Origin: Candidatus Latescibacterota bacterium
Lineage (GTDB): Bacteria; Latescibacterota; UBA2968
Length of the DNA stretch: 64,000 nucleotides
Reading direction: 5' to 3'
Assembly (NCBI GenBank): GCA_965198115.1
Contig: OZ240241.1
Coordinates: 1,888,001 to 1,952,000, forward strand
Positions 8,662-18,489 of the stretch are shown here, one piece after another (position 1 is the stretch's first letter; the number at the start of each line of letters is the position of its first letter). A program made the translations under genes and the position numbers. The notes under the pieces are model-generated. The model did no database searches. It was not told the origin of the DNA and saw only the letters and a program-made list of their open reading frames with translations.

Positions 8662-9441
8662 ATGCTCAGGGGCCTGTTCAAGAAAGACGAAGAGAATGGT
8701 GAACTCCAGCGCGAGAAGCAATATGTGCTGGAAGACCAGGACGAGGAGGTCGAGGAAGCGATCTCCCTGCTGGGTGGCGAGGACGGCCGCCTGGACGAAA
8801 CGATGGAGGAAATCGACGAGGCGGTGAAGGAAGCCGCCAAATCTTCCCTCCGCGACATCCGCCTGATGGAGGAAGGGCGTTGCCCATCCTGCGGTCACAA
8901 GACGAATCCCTTCCTGTTCACGACCGTCTGCGCCAACTGCGGATGGTTTTCGCACATTTCTCCCGAAGATGGCCAGTCCATCATCCACCTCAAGAACGGG
9001 GGAACGATCGAGTGCGGCTCGACCTTCGACACGAAGGATTACTACATTCTAGGCATCACGGACGGGGTCGTACGCGCCAAGGTCTCCAAGGAGAACGTCG
9101 AGTACATCGAATTCAGATGGACCGACGAGGAGATTGGAAAAAAGCGGCAGGCCCAGGTCGCGGCTCAGGCCGGTGTCGATGCGTGGACCGAGAAGCCGCT
9201 GTCCGATTACGACAGCGACAAGCAAGTCATCATCTACGCAGCCTTTGGTCAGACGCAAGAACGCTACGTCTTCGGCAATCGTGAAAACGCGGAGGCTTTC
9301 AAGAAGCAGTATCCCGTTCGCGTGCATAAAAATTGTTACAATCGTACGTGCCTCGACTGCGATCTGTGCGTCAAGAAATACTCAGCCGAAGACGAGACCA
9401 TCTTGCACGAGAGCCCGGAGGTAGTGGCTCAGCGCGGATAG
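8662..9441 (+). CDS. Hypothetical Cys-rich multidomain protein
   Basis: Long ORF with coding-like GC3 bias; CPSC..CANC zinc ribbon, C-terminal CxxxxCxxCxxC; followed by a terminator. Confidence 0.8.
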   Translation: MLRGLFKKDEENGELQREKQYVLEDQDEEVEEAISLLGGEDGRLDETMEEIDEAVKEAAKSSLRDIRLMEEGRCPSCGHKTNPFLFTTVCANCGWFSHISPEDGQSIIHLKNGGTIECGSTFDTKDYYILGITDGVVRAKVSKENVEYIEFRWTDEEIGKKRQAQVAAQAGVDAWTEKPLSDYDSDKQVIIYAAFGQTQERYVFGNRENAEAFKKQYPVRVHKNCYNRTCLDCDLCVKKYSAEDETILHESPEVVAQRG

Positions 9442-9461
9442 CAGAAGCGCGGCCTAAATAC

Positions 9462-9494
9462 AGAAGGCGAGTCGACTCGATCGACTCGCCTTCT
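9462..9494. terminator. Hairpin between convergent genes
   Basis: agaaggcgagtcga-ctcga-tcgactcgccttct, perfect 14-bp stem. Confidence 0.75.
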
Positions 9495-9519
9495 TCCGTT
9501 TCAGGATAGGAGGGTGTCT

Positions 9520-11424
9520 CTAGACCAACTCCTCCTCCTCGGCGAACAGGAGTTCGGGCTGCGCCTGTTGCTGTTCGAACAGATCGCGATAGACACCCAG
9601 TTGGGCGGCCAGCTCGTCGTGCGTGCCCCACCCCGCCATCCGTCCGTTGTCGAGCACAAGTATCTGATCCGCTCTCTGCGCCGTGGAAATGCGATGCGTG
9701 ATCACGAAGGTCGTCCGATTGGCCATGATGCGATCGAGGGTCCGCTGAATCCGGGCTTCGGTCTTGGCATCCAGAGCCGACGTCGTATCGTCCAGCACCA
9801 AAATACTGGGATCCGTCAGCAGCGCCATCGTAAAAGCCATCCGTTGCTTTTGCCCGCCCGATAGATTCGATCCCCTCTCTCCTACTTTAGCCTCGTATTT
9901 CTCGGGTAGCGACATCACAAAATCGTGCAGCTCGCCCTGCTTGGCCGCCGTCATAATTTGATCCGGCGTTGCATCGTCGCGCCCGTACTTGATGTTCTCG
10001 GCGATCGTGCCCGAAAAGAGGATTGGCTCCTGCGGCACGACGCTGATGTGCCTGCGCAAGGAAGAGATTCGAACGTCTCGAATGTCATAGTCGTCGATCA
10101 GCACGCGACCCTGCGTCGGTTCATACAGACGGAGGAGAAGATTGACCAGCGTGCTCTTTCCGGAGCCCGAAGGGCCGACCACCGCGAGTGACTGCCCGGG
10201 CTGGACGCGAAAGCTGAGATCCTTGAGCACCTCGTCGCCCGCGTCGTTGTATCGGAAACTGACGTCTCGGAAAACGACCCTTCCCTTCACGGAATCGAGA
10301 CGAACCGCGTTGGGCCGATCAGCGATCACGACTTCCTCGTCCAGCACCTCGAAAACACGCGAGATCACGACAACCATCTGCTGCAACGTCGCGTTGACGT
10401 TCGCCAAGGACACGAAGGGATCGAAAAGATGTCCCATGGACATGTTGAAGTAGATCAGTGCGCCGACTGTCAGGTTCCCGTTTCGAACCTCGAGCGCGCC
10501 GAGGTAGAACAGAGCGGCTGTCGCGATGGCGCTGATCGCGCTGCACGTCGCCCCCAATCCCGTACTCAGCATCATACTGCGCAGCGTCAGCCGGAAAATT
10601 TGAACCAACCGGCTGAAGAAGCGGCGGTACTCGCTCCTCTCCTTCGCAAAAGACAGGAGTACCCGGATCCCACGGACCCGCTCCTCGAGAATGCCGTAGG
10701 TGTCCGCAAACGTCTCTCGCTGCCTCAGGAACGCCGTCTGGATGGCCCTCTGGAACATCTTGTAGGTCACGATGTAGGCAGGCATCGCGAGTAGCGCCAG
10801 CAAACCCAACTTCACGTCGATCGTTAGGAGGATGACCGACCCCAGAAGGATCTGCGCAACGTGTCGCGTAGTCGATACGAAGGTCCCGGTCACTTCCGAC
10901 TGAAGCAGCCCCACGTCGTCCAGCACGCGGGACATGATCTTGCCCGTCTGCTGCCGGTCGAAAAACGTCATCTGAAGCTTCTGGATCTTCTGATGCAGGT
11001 CGAGCCGAATACGAAACACGATGCGCTGTCCGACGAAGGCAATGTGGTAATTGTAGAACCAGTTGATCACCGCAAAGGTCGACCGGACCCCGAGATAGAG
11101 GAAGAAGATGAACCAGAGCCACTGAATCTTCTCCGTCCGGCTCTTTTCGTGAACGTGTGGCTGGAAGGGGTCTTTCCACGGAAGAACGGAGTGTGGGTCC
11201 CTCGTGCGAGAGCTGTTTGAGCCAACAGTCGAGGATCCAGCCGCGAGCCCCTCCACGATCGTCACATCCGGTTTGATCTGCAGAACGTTGTCGACTGTGA
11301 TCTTCGTGATGAACCCGAGGATGAAGGAATACGACGAGGTAACACCGGCCATCAGCATGACCATGACCATTCGAAACCAGAATGGACGAACATAGCCGCG
11401 AACGAATCGGATGATCAGTTCCAT
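9520..11424 (-). CDS. ABC exporter half-transporter (TMD+NBD) with degenerate Walker B
   Basis: GPSGSGKS, LSGGQKQR, ILVLDD (catalytic Glu replaced by Asp), ITHR. Confidence 0.93.
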   Translation of the reverse strand: MELIIRFVRGYVRPFWFRMVMVMLMAGVTSSYSFILGFITKITVDNVLQIKPDVTIVEGLAAGSSTVGSNSSRTRDPHSVLPWKDPFQPHVHEKSRTEKIQWLWFIFFLYLGVRSTFAVINWFYNYHIAFVGQRIVFRIRLDLHQKIQKLQMTFFDRQQTGKIMSRVLDDVGLLQSEVTGTFVSTTRHVAQILLGSVILLTIDVKLGLLALLAMPAYIVTYKMFQRAIQTAFLRQRETFADTYGILEERVRGIRVLLSFAKERSEYRRFFSRLVQIFRLTLRSMMLSTGLGATCSAISAIATAALFYLGALEVRNGNLTVGALIYFNMSMGHLFDPFVSLANVNATLQQMVVVISRVFEVLDEEVVIADRPNAVRLDSVKGRVVFRDVSFRYNDAGDEVLKDLSFRVQPGQSLAVVGPSGSGKSTLVNLLLRLYEPTQGRVLIDDYDIRDVRISSLRRHISVVPQEPILFSGTIAENIKYGRDDATPDQIMTAAKQGELHDFVMSLPEKYEAKVGERGSNLSGGQKQRMAFTMALLTDPSILVLDDTTSALDAKTEARIQRTLDRIMANRTTFVITHRISTAQRADQILVLDNGRMAGWGTHDELAAQLGVYRDLFEQQQAQPELLFAEEEELV

Positions 11425-11427
11425 AAA

Positions 11428-13200
11428 TCAGTCTGCCGCGATATCTTCACTCGCACCGGAGAACTGCTGTTCGTAGAGTTCTTTGTATCGCCCGTCCGGC
11501 TTCTGCAGCAATGTCTCGTGATTGCCCACCTCGAGGATTTCGCCGCCATCCATCACGACGATTTTGTCGGAGTTGACGATCGTCGACAACCGGTGCGCAA
11601 TCACGAACGACGTTCTGCCCTCGAGCACGTTGGCCATCGCTTTCTGAATCAGCGCCTCGGACAGCGAATCGAGCGACGACGTCGCCTCGTCCAGAATCAG
11701 AATCCCGGGATCTGTCAGCACGGCACGCGCGATCGCCAGACGCTGCTTCTCGCCCACCGACAGCTTGATTCCCTCATCGCCCAGCAGCGTGTCGTATCCG
11801 TCGGCCGTCCTGACGATGAACTCGTGAATCTCCCCCACACGAGCGGCAGCGATGATCTCTGCCTCGGTAGCATCGGGATTCCCGTATACCAGGTTCTCGC
11901 GAATGCTCGCGTCGAACAGGACCGAATCCTGCAACACCTGCCCGATCTGCGTCCTCAACGAGCGAAGCTGAACGTCACGGATGTCGTGCCCGTCGATCCG
12001 AATCGAACCGCCAGTCACGTCGTAAAACCGCATCAGCAAACTCGTCAAGGTCGTCTTGCCACAGCCGGTATGACCGACCAGGGCGACCATTTCACCCGGT
12101 TCGACGCTGAGGCTGACCCCCTTGATGACCGGCTCGCCCTCGTTGTACTCAAACTCGACGTTCTCGAACTCGACGCCGCCCTTGACGGGGGCCAGAGCCG
12201 GGGCATTCGGTTTCTCGACGATGTCGACCTCGTAGTCCAGGATTTCGTAGATGCGGTCGACGGAAATCATCATCTGCTCGAATCGCATGGCCTCCTGCGT
12301 CAGGTTGAGTACCGGTTGAAAGACGCGCATCGCATATGCCAAAAACGCCATCACGCCCCCGTAGGTCATCTCCCCCTGGATCACGAAGTAACACCCCATA
12401 CAGAACACGATCGTGTTACGCAGACCCGACACCGCCCACACACCGGCGGAGTAACCCGCACGATAAGTCGCCGTCTGCATGGACTGGTCGAACGTTTCCC
12501 GCGTTTCTTCTGTAAAAGCCCGGTTCTCACGACGCTCCTTTCCATACGCCTTCACGAGGTGAACACCACTTAGACGTTCCTGCAACCCGACCGAAACACG
12601 ATCCATCTTCGCGCGCCACGCCCTGATGGAAACCCGGATACCGCCGCGCCATCCGAAGTAGTTGAACAGGTAGAGCGGGAGCAGGACGATCAGGATCGTA
12701 CCCAACCGCCAATTGAGCCCCAGGCAGAGACCGATCGCCACCCAGAACGTCACGAAATCCGTCACGATCGACAGCATTCGCATCGTCACCATACTTCTGA
12801 CCGTCGACACATCCCCCATCACACGCGACATAATTTTGCCCGTGCCCATCCGATCGTAGAACCCCAGCCCCAGCGACAGCATGTGGTGATACAGATGCTG
12901 CCGAATGTCCATGATCAGACGGCTGGAAATAACCTGGATGGTATACGTGTTCAGTACCCTCAGGCCGGAAGCCGTCACAGGTACGGCCAGGGTCAGAAAC
13001 AGGAAGAATTCGAGCCGGTCCCACTGTCCGCCTACGATGATGTCGTCGATGATGAACTTCATCAGCAGCGGGGGCGTCATTTGGATTGCCGTCAGGGTGA
13101 CGGTTATGCCAAAGGCGACCGCGAGACGGCGTTGGTAGGGGCGGACGAACGTCAGGAGCTTCTTTAGATTCCTGGTTTTCGACTCGCTGGGTTCGTCCAT
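11428..13200 (-). CDS. ABC exporter half-transporter (TMD+NBD) with degenerate signature
   Basis: GHTGCGKT, LSVGEKQR, ILILDEATS, IAHR. Confidence 0.93.
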   Translation of the reverse strand: MDEPSESKTRNLKKLLTFVRPYQRRLAVAFGITVTLTAIQMTPPLLMKFIIDDIIVGGQWDRLEFFLFLTLAVPVTASGLRVLNTYTIQVISSRLIMDIRQHLYHHMLSLGLGFYDRMGTGKIMSRVMGDVSTVRSMVTMRMLSIVTDFVTFWVAIGLCLGLNWRLGTILIVLLPLYLFNYFGWRGGIRVSIRAWRAKMDRVSVGLQERLSGVHLVKAYGKERRENRAFTEETRETFDQSMQTATYRAGYSAGVWAVSGLRNTIVFCMGCYFVIQGEMTYGGVMAFLAYAMRVFQPVLNLTQEAMRFEQMMISVDRIYEILDYEVDIVEKPNAPALAPVKGGVEFENVEFEYNEGEPVIKGVSLSVEPGEMVALVGHTGCGKTTLTSLLMRFYDVTGGSIRIDGHDIRDVQLRSLRTQIGQVLQDSVLFDASIRENLVYGNPDATEAEIIAAARVGEIHEFIVRTADGYDTLLGDEGIKLSVGEKQRLAIARAVLTDPGILILDEATSSLDSLSEALIQKAMANVLEGRTSFVIAHRLSTIVNSDKIVVMDGGEILEVGNHETLLQKPDGRYKELYEQQFSGASEDIAAD

Positions 13201-13429
13201 TAGACTGGCAGGTAGGCTAAGATTGGAAATCCGCGTAAGTGCTTGAATATAAACCTATTCCTGGAATAGATCAATTTTTGGCAGCCGATCAGGGCATTAG
13301 GTGCATTAATGGAACGATCGAGTTGCCACCAACCTCCCACGTGGACGGTCGGGCTTGACGCATCGGACCGTGGGAACTATGTTCGCAACAGTTCCCTCCT
13401 GGTTTCCGTTTTTCTCCCCTCCGCTACCC

Positions 13430-14716
13430 ATGCCCTCATCCATCGATCCCGGTTCAAAGACCGTCGCCGAGCTGCGCGAACTCGTTTCGAAACGACCGCG
13501 CGGCCTACAAAAGCTCCTCTCACGTCTCGAAGAAGACGAGCGGGCCGGTGTACGTGCGATCGCGGCCGCGGCCCGTCGACGGCAGCGCGCCGAACGCGCA
13601 GAACGCGCGAGGGTGGGCCGTCTGCTCAGGATCGAGCGTAGCTTGCACAAGAAGGGAATTGTCCACATCGCCGGTGTCGATGAGGCGGGGCGCGGACCGA
13701 TCGCGGGCCCGGTCGTCGCCGCCGCTGTTCTGTTTCCCGTCGAGGTGGCCATCCTGGGGGTCGACGACTCTAAGGCGCTCAAGCCCGAACAGCGTGCGCC
13801 ACTCTTCGACGAGATCCACGGAAGAGCGACCTCCATCGGGGTCGGTCAGTGCGACGCCGACGAAATCGATCGGCTCAACATCCACGTTGCGACGCTCACG
13901 GCCATGCGGCGGGCGATTCAGGCGCTTCGGCCAGCGCCCGAACGCATCCTCATAGACGGTAGCCACCTGCCCAAGAGCGGGTTCTACGAAATGGCTCTCG
14001 TCAAGGGTGATTCCCGGTCGCACGCCATCGCGGCAGCCTCCGTCGTCGCAAAAGTGACTCGCGACCGCATCCTCTGCGCGCTCGACGCCCAGCACCCAGG
14101 GTATGGACTTGCCCACCACAAGGGCTACGCCAGCGAAGACCACCTCAACGCCCTCAAGCGACTGGGTCCATCGCCGATCCATCGGCAGTCATTCCACCTC
14201 AATGGCTTTCACACACCGGCGTATCGACATTTTCGCAGCCAAATCGATCAGATTTCGCGTCCCGAGGATCTCCACGCAACGGCACACGACCTGAAAGCAG
14301 CGCGGCTGTCCCTGCCACCCCGGGCGTTCAAAGAACTCCAGGCCCACCTCCGGCAGCGGGAAACGCAGCTCAACCGAACGGGTCCGGCAGGCGAGCGAAT
14401 CGCAGAGACAGAGCTGATGCGCGACGGTTATCTGATTCTCGAACGAAATGTCCGTCTACGAGGAGGAGAGATCGACTTGATCGCGCAGACCGGAGACGTT
14501 ATTGCCTTCATCGAGGTCAAGAGCGCCGGACCCCACGGGTTCGGAGCGCCCGAGAGACGCGTTACCACCCGAAAACAGCAACAGATCGCCCGGCTCGCCG
14601 AAGCCTACCTCCACGAACACGCCACCACGCTATCCCCCCGATTCGATGTCGTATCGGTTGAGATGGCCACCGAGCCGCCGACCGCGGCCATCTTCAAAGA
14701 TGCCTTCCGCGCCTGA
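13430..14716 (+). CDS. rnhB: Ribonuclease HII fused to a C-terminal YraN (UPF0102) domain
   Basis: AGVDEAGRGPIAGPVVAAA, DDSK, DG, IAAASVVAKVTRD, HKGY; then GERIA..GYLILERN..GEIDLIA..FIEVK..RFDVV; start codon uncertain. Confidence 0.92.
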   Translation: MPSSIDPGSKTVAELRELVSKRPRGLQKLLSRLEEDERAGVRAIAAAARRRQRAERAERARVGRLLRIERSLHKKGIVHIAGVDEAGRGPIAGPVVAAAVLFPVEVAILGVDDSKALKPEQRAPLFDEIHGRATSIGVGQCDADEIDRLNIHVATLTAMRRAIQALRPAPERILIDGSHLPKSGFYEMALVKGDSRSHAIAAASVVAKVTRDRILCALDAQHPGYGLAHHKGYASEDHLNALKRLGPSPIHRQSFHLNGFHTPAYRHFRSQIDQISRPEDLHATAHDLKAARLSLPPRAFKELQAHLRQRETQLNRTGPAGERIAETELMRDGYLILERNVRLRGGEIDLIAQTGDVIAFIEVKSAGPHGFGAPERRVTTRKQQQIARLAEAYLHEHATTLSPRFDVVSVEMATEPPTAAIFKDAFRA

Positions 14717-14737
14717 GCCGCCCGCAAAGCGCGTCAA

Positions 14738-14769
14738 TCTTGACACGTCAAGAGGTTTCTGGGTAGATT
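14738..14769 (+). promoter_or_regulatory. Sigma70-like promoter for hisS-aspS, with a palindrome over the -35
   Basis: TTGACA(14740)..TAGATT; tcttgac-ac-gtcaaga inverted repeat. Confidence 0.55.
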
Positions 14770-14880
14770 CGGGCCCTCGTTCGGGGTCCCGCTTCACTGC
14801 ATCAGCCAGCCGATGCGCTCATCTTTGAAACGGAGCTTCGACCAGCCCCGTCAGTGGCATGACCGAACCACCAGCGACCT

Positions 14881-16152
14881 ATGCCGGAACAGATCACCAA
14901 AGTCAAGGGTACCCGGGATTTCTACCCGGATGACTGGGGTTACCAGAAGTGGCTGAGTGGAAAACTGCTCAACGTCGGCCGGCTATTCGGCTACGAGGAG
15001 TACGAGGGCCCGATTCTGGAGCCCATAGAGCTCTACCTCGACAAGACCAGCGAGGAAATCGTTGGGCAGCAGACGTTCACGCTGACCGACAGAGACGGAA
15101 AGAGCCTCGTCATGCGTCCCGAGCTCACCCCCACTCTCGCACGCATGGTGGCTGCACGAGAAGGTCAGATGGAATTCCCCGTCCGCTGGCAGTCCTACGG
15201 GCAGTTTTTTCGCTACGAGCGCCCTCAACGAGGCCGCGGACGCGCCTTTTTTCAATGGAACGTCGATTTACTGGGCCTCGATTCGACCCTGGCGGACGCC
15301 GAGATCATCCACATTGCGTGCGAGGTGTTCAAAGCCCTCGACCTGCCCCCCGATTTGGTCGAGATCCGTCTGAATGACCGTCAAGCGCTGGAATCGTTCC
15401 TCGTCGGCGACATAGGGATTCCGTCAGACCAGATCGGAACCGTCCTGGGCCTGATCGATCGACGAGACAAGATGGGCAGCGAGAAATTCGTAGCCTCTCT
15501 AGCCGAATCTGGCATCCCGGCCTCCCAGGCGGGCGAGTTGGACGATGCTCTGTCCCGTCCCCAAAGGCTTGTCTCGCCGCTTCTCGACGAGGTGATGGGA
15601 CTTCTCTCCGCCCGTGGCGTGGAGGATTACGTTAAACTCGACCTCACGATCGTGCGTGGTTTCGACTACTACACGAGCACCGTTTTCGAAGCCTGGGCGA
15701 ACACCGACCTTCGCCGTGCCTTGTTCGGCGGGGGGCGGTACGATAATCTGACGGTTTTAGTAGGCGGTCGTAAGGAAATCCCCGGCGTCGGCTTCGCTCT
15801 GGGCGACATGGCCATTGCCGAGCTGCTGAAGGAAACGGACAAGATGCCGACACCGACGGGGGCTCCGGCCCAGTTGTTCGTGTCGGTGTTCTCCGACGAG
15901 CTCCTCACCGCAGCCACACACCTGGCCATCCAGGTCAGGGAAGCCGGCATCCCGACCGAACTCGGAACCCGACCCGGACAGCGACTCGACCGCCAGTTCA
16001 GATATGCCGATAGAAAAGGGATTCCCTTCGTGGCCGTGTTGGGCCCGGATGAGGCGACCCGAAACGAAGTGACTCTCAAGGACCTCAGAGATGGGAGTCA
16101 GCAGACCCTCAAGGCCGAGGCCCTGTTGGCGGCCTTGAAACGACAGGAATAG
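14881..16152 (+). CDS. hisS: Histidyl-tRNA synthetase
   Basis: GTRDF, RPELTP, FRYERPQRGR, VRGFDYYT, GGGRYD. Confidence 0.97.
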   Translation: MPEQITKVKGTRDFYPDDWGYQKWLSGKLLNVGRLFGYEEYEGPILEPIELYLDKTSEEIVGQQTFTLTDRDGKSLVMRPELTPTLARMVAAREGQMEFPVRWQSYGQFFRYERPQRGRGRAFFQWNVDLLGLDSTLADAEIIHIACEVFKALDLPPDLVEIRLNDRQALESFLVGDIGIPSDQIGTVLGLIDRRDKMGSEKFVASLAESGIPASQAGELDDALSRPQRLVSPLLDEVMGLLSARGVEDYVKLDLTIVRGFDYYTSTVFEAWANTDLRRALFGGGRYDNLTVLVGGRKEIPGVGFALGDMAIAELLKETDKMPTPTGAPAQLFVSVFSDELLTAATHLAIQVREAGIPTELGTRPGQRLDRQFRYADRKGIPFVAVLGPDEATRNEVTLKDLRDGSQQTLKAEALLAALKRQE

Positions 16153-16157
16153 ACCGA

Positions 16158-17933
16158 ATGCCCGACACATTGGATGGCTGGAAGCGCACGCATCACTGCA
16201 ACGAGCTCCGCAAAAGCGACATCGGCAAAGAAGTCACCCTGATGGGTTGGGTCGGCAAACGTCGAGACCACGGTGGTGTCATCTTCGTCGATCTACGCGA
16301 TCGCGAAGGCATCACGCAAGTCGTCTTCCGTCCCGATATCGAGCCCGAGATGCACGAAAAGGCCGAGGGGATCCGAAACGAATACGTCCTCGCCGTTCAG
16401 GGAAAGGTCGAACATCGCCCCGAAGGCATGACAAACGAAAACCTCGCGACGGGAGCGGTCGACGTGGAGTGCCACTCGGTCCGCGTGCTGAACGAGGCCC
16501 AGACACCGCCATTCATGATCGAAGACGAGCAGGATCTCAGTGAGGAGATTCGCCTTCGGTATCGGTATCTGGATCTGCGGCGGCCCGAGATGCAATCCGC
16601 GCTCAAGCTCAGACATGTCACTTCACAAGAAGTCCGCAAACACCTGTCCAACAGCGGTTTCCTTGAAATAGAAACACCCTTTCTGATGAAGAGCACGCCC
16701 GAGGGCGCCCGCGATTATCTGGTCCCTTCCCGAGTGCATCCGGGTCAGTTCTACGCCCTGCCCCAGTCGCCGCAGACCTACAAACAGCTTCTCATGATCT
16801 CGGGATTCGACAAATACTTTCAGATTGTCCGATGCTTCCGCGATGAGGACCTGCGAGGCGACCGCCAGCCCGAATTCACGCAGATCGACATAGAAATGTC
16901 CTTCGTCGAGGAGGATGACGTGATGGGAATGGCAGAAACCCTCACGCGCCACCTCTTCAAAGCCATCCTGGACCTGGACATTCCCGACCCCATCCCCCGT
17001 CTGACGTTTCAGGATGCGATGGACCGATACGGCATCGACCGCCCCGATACGCGATTCGGTTTCGAAATCGTCGATCTCGAGGAGGTCGCACAAGCCTCTG
17101 AATTTCAAGTCTTTAAGAGCGTTCTGGACGGAGGAGGGCAGGTCCGAGGGATCAATGCGAAAGGATGTGGTGCCTTTTCAAGAAAACAGATCGACGACCT
17201 GGGTGTCTACGTCGGTCAATTCGGGGCGAAAGGACTGGCCTGGATCAAGACCACAGACACCGGTCTGGAGTCTTCCATCGTGAAGTTCTTTCCCGAGCAG
17301 GCCCAGACGTTAATTCGCGAAACAATGGCCGCCCAACCGGGTGATCTGCTTCTTTTTGCCGCCGATCAACCCTCGATCGTGGCCGATGTGCTCGGCAACC
17401 TGCGTCTCGAACTCGCCAGACAGCTGGATCTGCTCGACAGCGGCACCTATGCCTTCGCCTGGGTGACGCACTTTCCCCTACTTGAGTGGGACGACGAAAC
17501 CAAGCGATTCGTGGCCTGCCATCATCCTTTCACGTCGCCGCTGCCAGAGGATATGGACCAGATGGAGTCCGATCCCGCAAATGTGCGCGCAAGAGCCTAC
17601 GATCTGGTCCTGAATGGGAACGAAATCGCCGGCGGCAGCATCCGAATCAGCCAACGTGATGTCCAGGAGCGCATGTTCCGGCTTCTCGACATCGGCCCGG
17701 ATGAGGCCGAGGCCAAATTCGGCTTTTTACTCGACGCGTTGCGCTACGGGGCTCCACCCCACGGCGGCATCGCGTTTGGATACGACCGGCTGATCGCCGT
17801 CATGGCCCAAAAGTCGTTCATTCGAGACGTTATTCCGTTCCCAAAAACGAACACCGCCGCCTCCCTGATGGACAACGCCCCGTCTGGAGTTTCCGACGCC
17901 CAATTGCGCGAATTGGGCCTTCGTCTGATCTGA
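16158..17933 (+). CDS. aspS: Aspartyl-tRNA synthetase (probably non-discriminating)
   Basis: RRDHGGVIFVDLRD, STPEGARD, LPQSPQ, CFRDEDLR.DRQPEFTQ, PPHGGIA; His in RDHGG is typical of ND-AspRS. Confidence 0.98.
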   Translation: MPDTLDGWKRTHHCNELRKSDIGKEVTLMGWVGKRRDHGGVIFVDLRDREGITQVVFRPDIEPEMHEKAEGIRNEYVLAVQGKVEHRPEGMTNENLATGAVDVECHSVRVLNEAQTPPFMIEDEQDLSEEIRLRYRYLDLRRPEMQSALKLRHVTSQEVRKHLSNSGFLEIETPFLMKSTPEGARDYLVPSRVHPGQFYALPQSPQTYKQLLMISGFDKYFQIVRCFRDEDLRGDRQPEFTQIDIEMSFVEEDDVMGMAETLTRHLFKAILDLDIPDPIPRLTFQDAMDRYGIDRPDTRFGFEIVDLEEVAQASEFQVFKSVLDGGGQVRGINAKGCGAFSRKQIDDLGVYVGQFGAKGLAWIKTTDTGLESSIVKFFPEQAQTLIRETMAAQPGDLLLFAADQPSIVADVLGNLRLELARQLDLLDSGTYAFAWVTHFPLLEWDDETKRFVACHHPFTSPLPEDMDQMESDPANVRARAYDLVLNGNEIAGGSIRISQRDVQERMFRLLDIGPDEAEAKFGFLLDALRYGAPPHGGIAFGYDRLIAVMAQKSFIRDVIPFPKTNTAASLMDNAPSGVSDAQLRELGLRLI

Positions 17934-18192
17934 TGACGTACCGTTGGTCAGTCGGGGCATCGGGGTCGTCGGGTGTGGTGATTTCGGCCCCGTTTGGGGC
18001 CTTCATGAACCCTAACCAGAATGCTGCAAACGGTTTAAAAAACAACCGCATATTCAGAATTTTCACTTGACTTACGTCATGGGCTGTAGTAAGTTGGTGC
18101 AGCACGCCTATTTAGTAGGCGTCGTCTTTGCCGATTCTCTAAAATACGCAAGATCGTCGGTCGATTTCGTCGAAACCAGGAGAAGCCACTCT

Positions 18193-18468
18193 ATGTCTCA
18201 ATGCAGACTGCTGAAGCGGGCGACGGGTGTCGGGTTGGCGGTAGCAATGCTTTCGCTGCCCCTGCTTTCCGGCTGCACGTCCATGGCATCCAAAGAGCAG
18301 CTCAACATGCTTGCAGACGCTCGAAAACGAGCCGAATCGGCCGAGGCGGATCTCAACGCCTGCAAGCAGCATCGCGCACAGCTCGAACGGGAGTTGGCCG
18401 ACAAAAAGGCGCTTCTCGCCAAGCTCAGAAATGATCGTGACGTCATTAAAAAGGCGCTCGGCAAGTAA
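18193..18468 (+). CDS. Small coiled-coil lipoprotein (Lpp/OprI-like architecture)
   Basis: Lipobox LLSG-C; Ala/Leu-rich heptad helix; terminal Lys; TTGACT-17-TAAGTT promoter-like site at 18067. Confidence 0.8.
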   Translation: MSQCRLLKRATGVGLAVAMLSLPLLSGCTSMASKEQLNMLADARKRAESAEADLNACKQHRAQLERELADKKALLAKLRNDRDVIKKALGK

Positions 18469-18489
18469 CGGGTGAAAGGAGCTCAAGGC

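Noticed and set aside
14770-14880. T-box or His attenuator upstream of hisS
   Set aside because: No T-box consensus, no His-codon leader peptide and no terminator; the leader is short.
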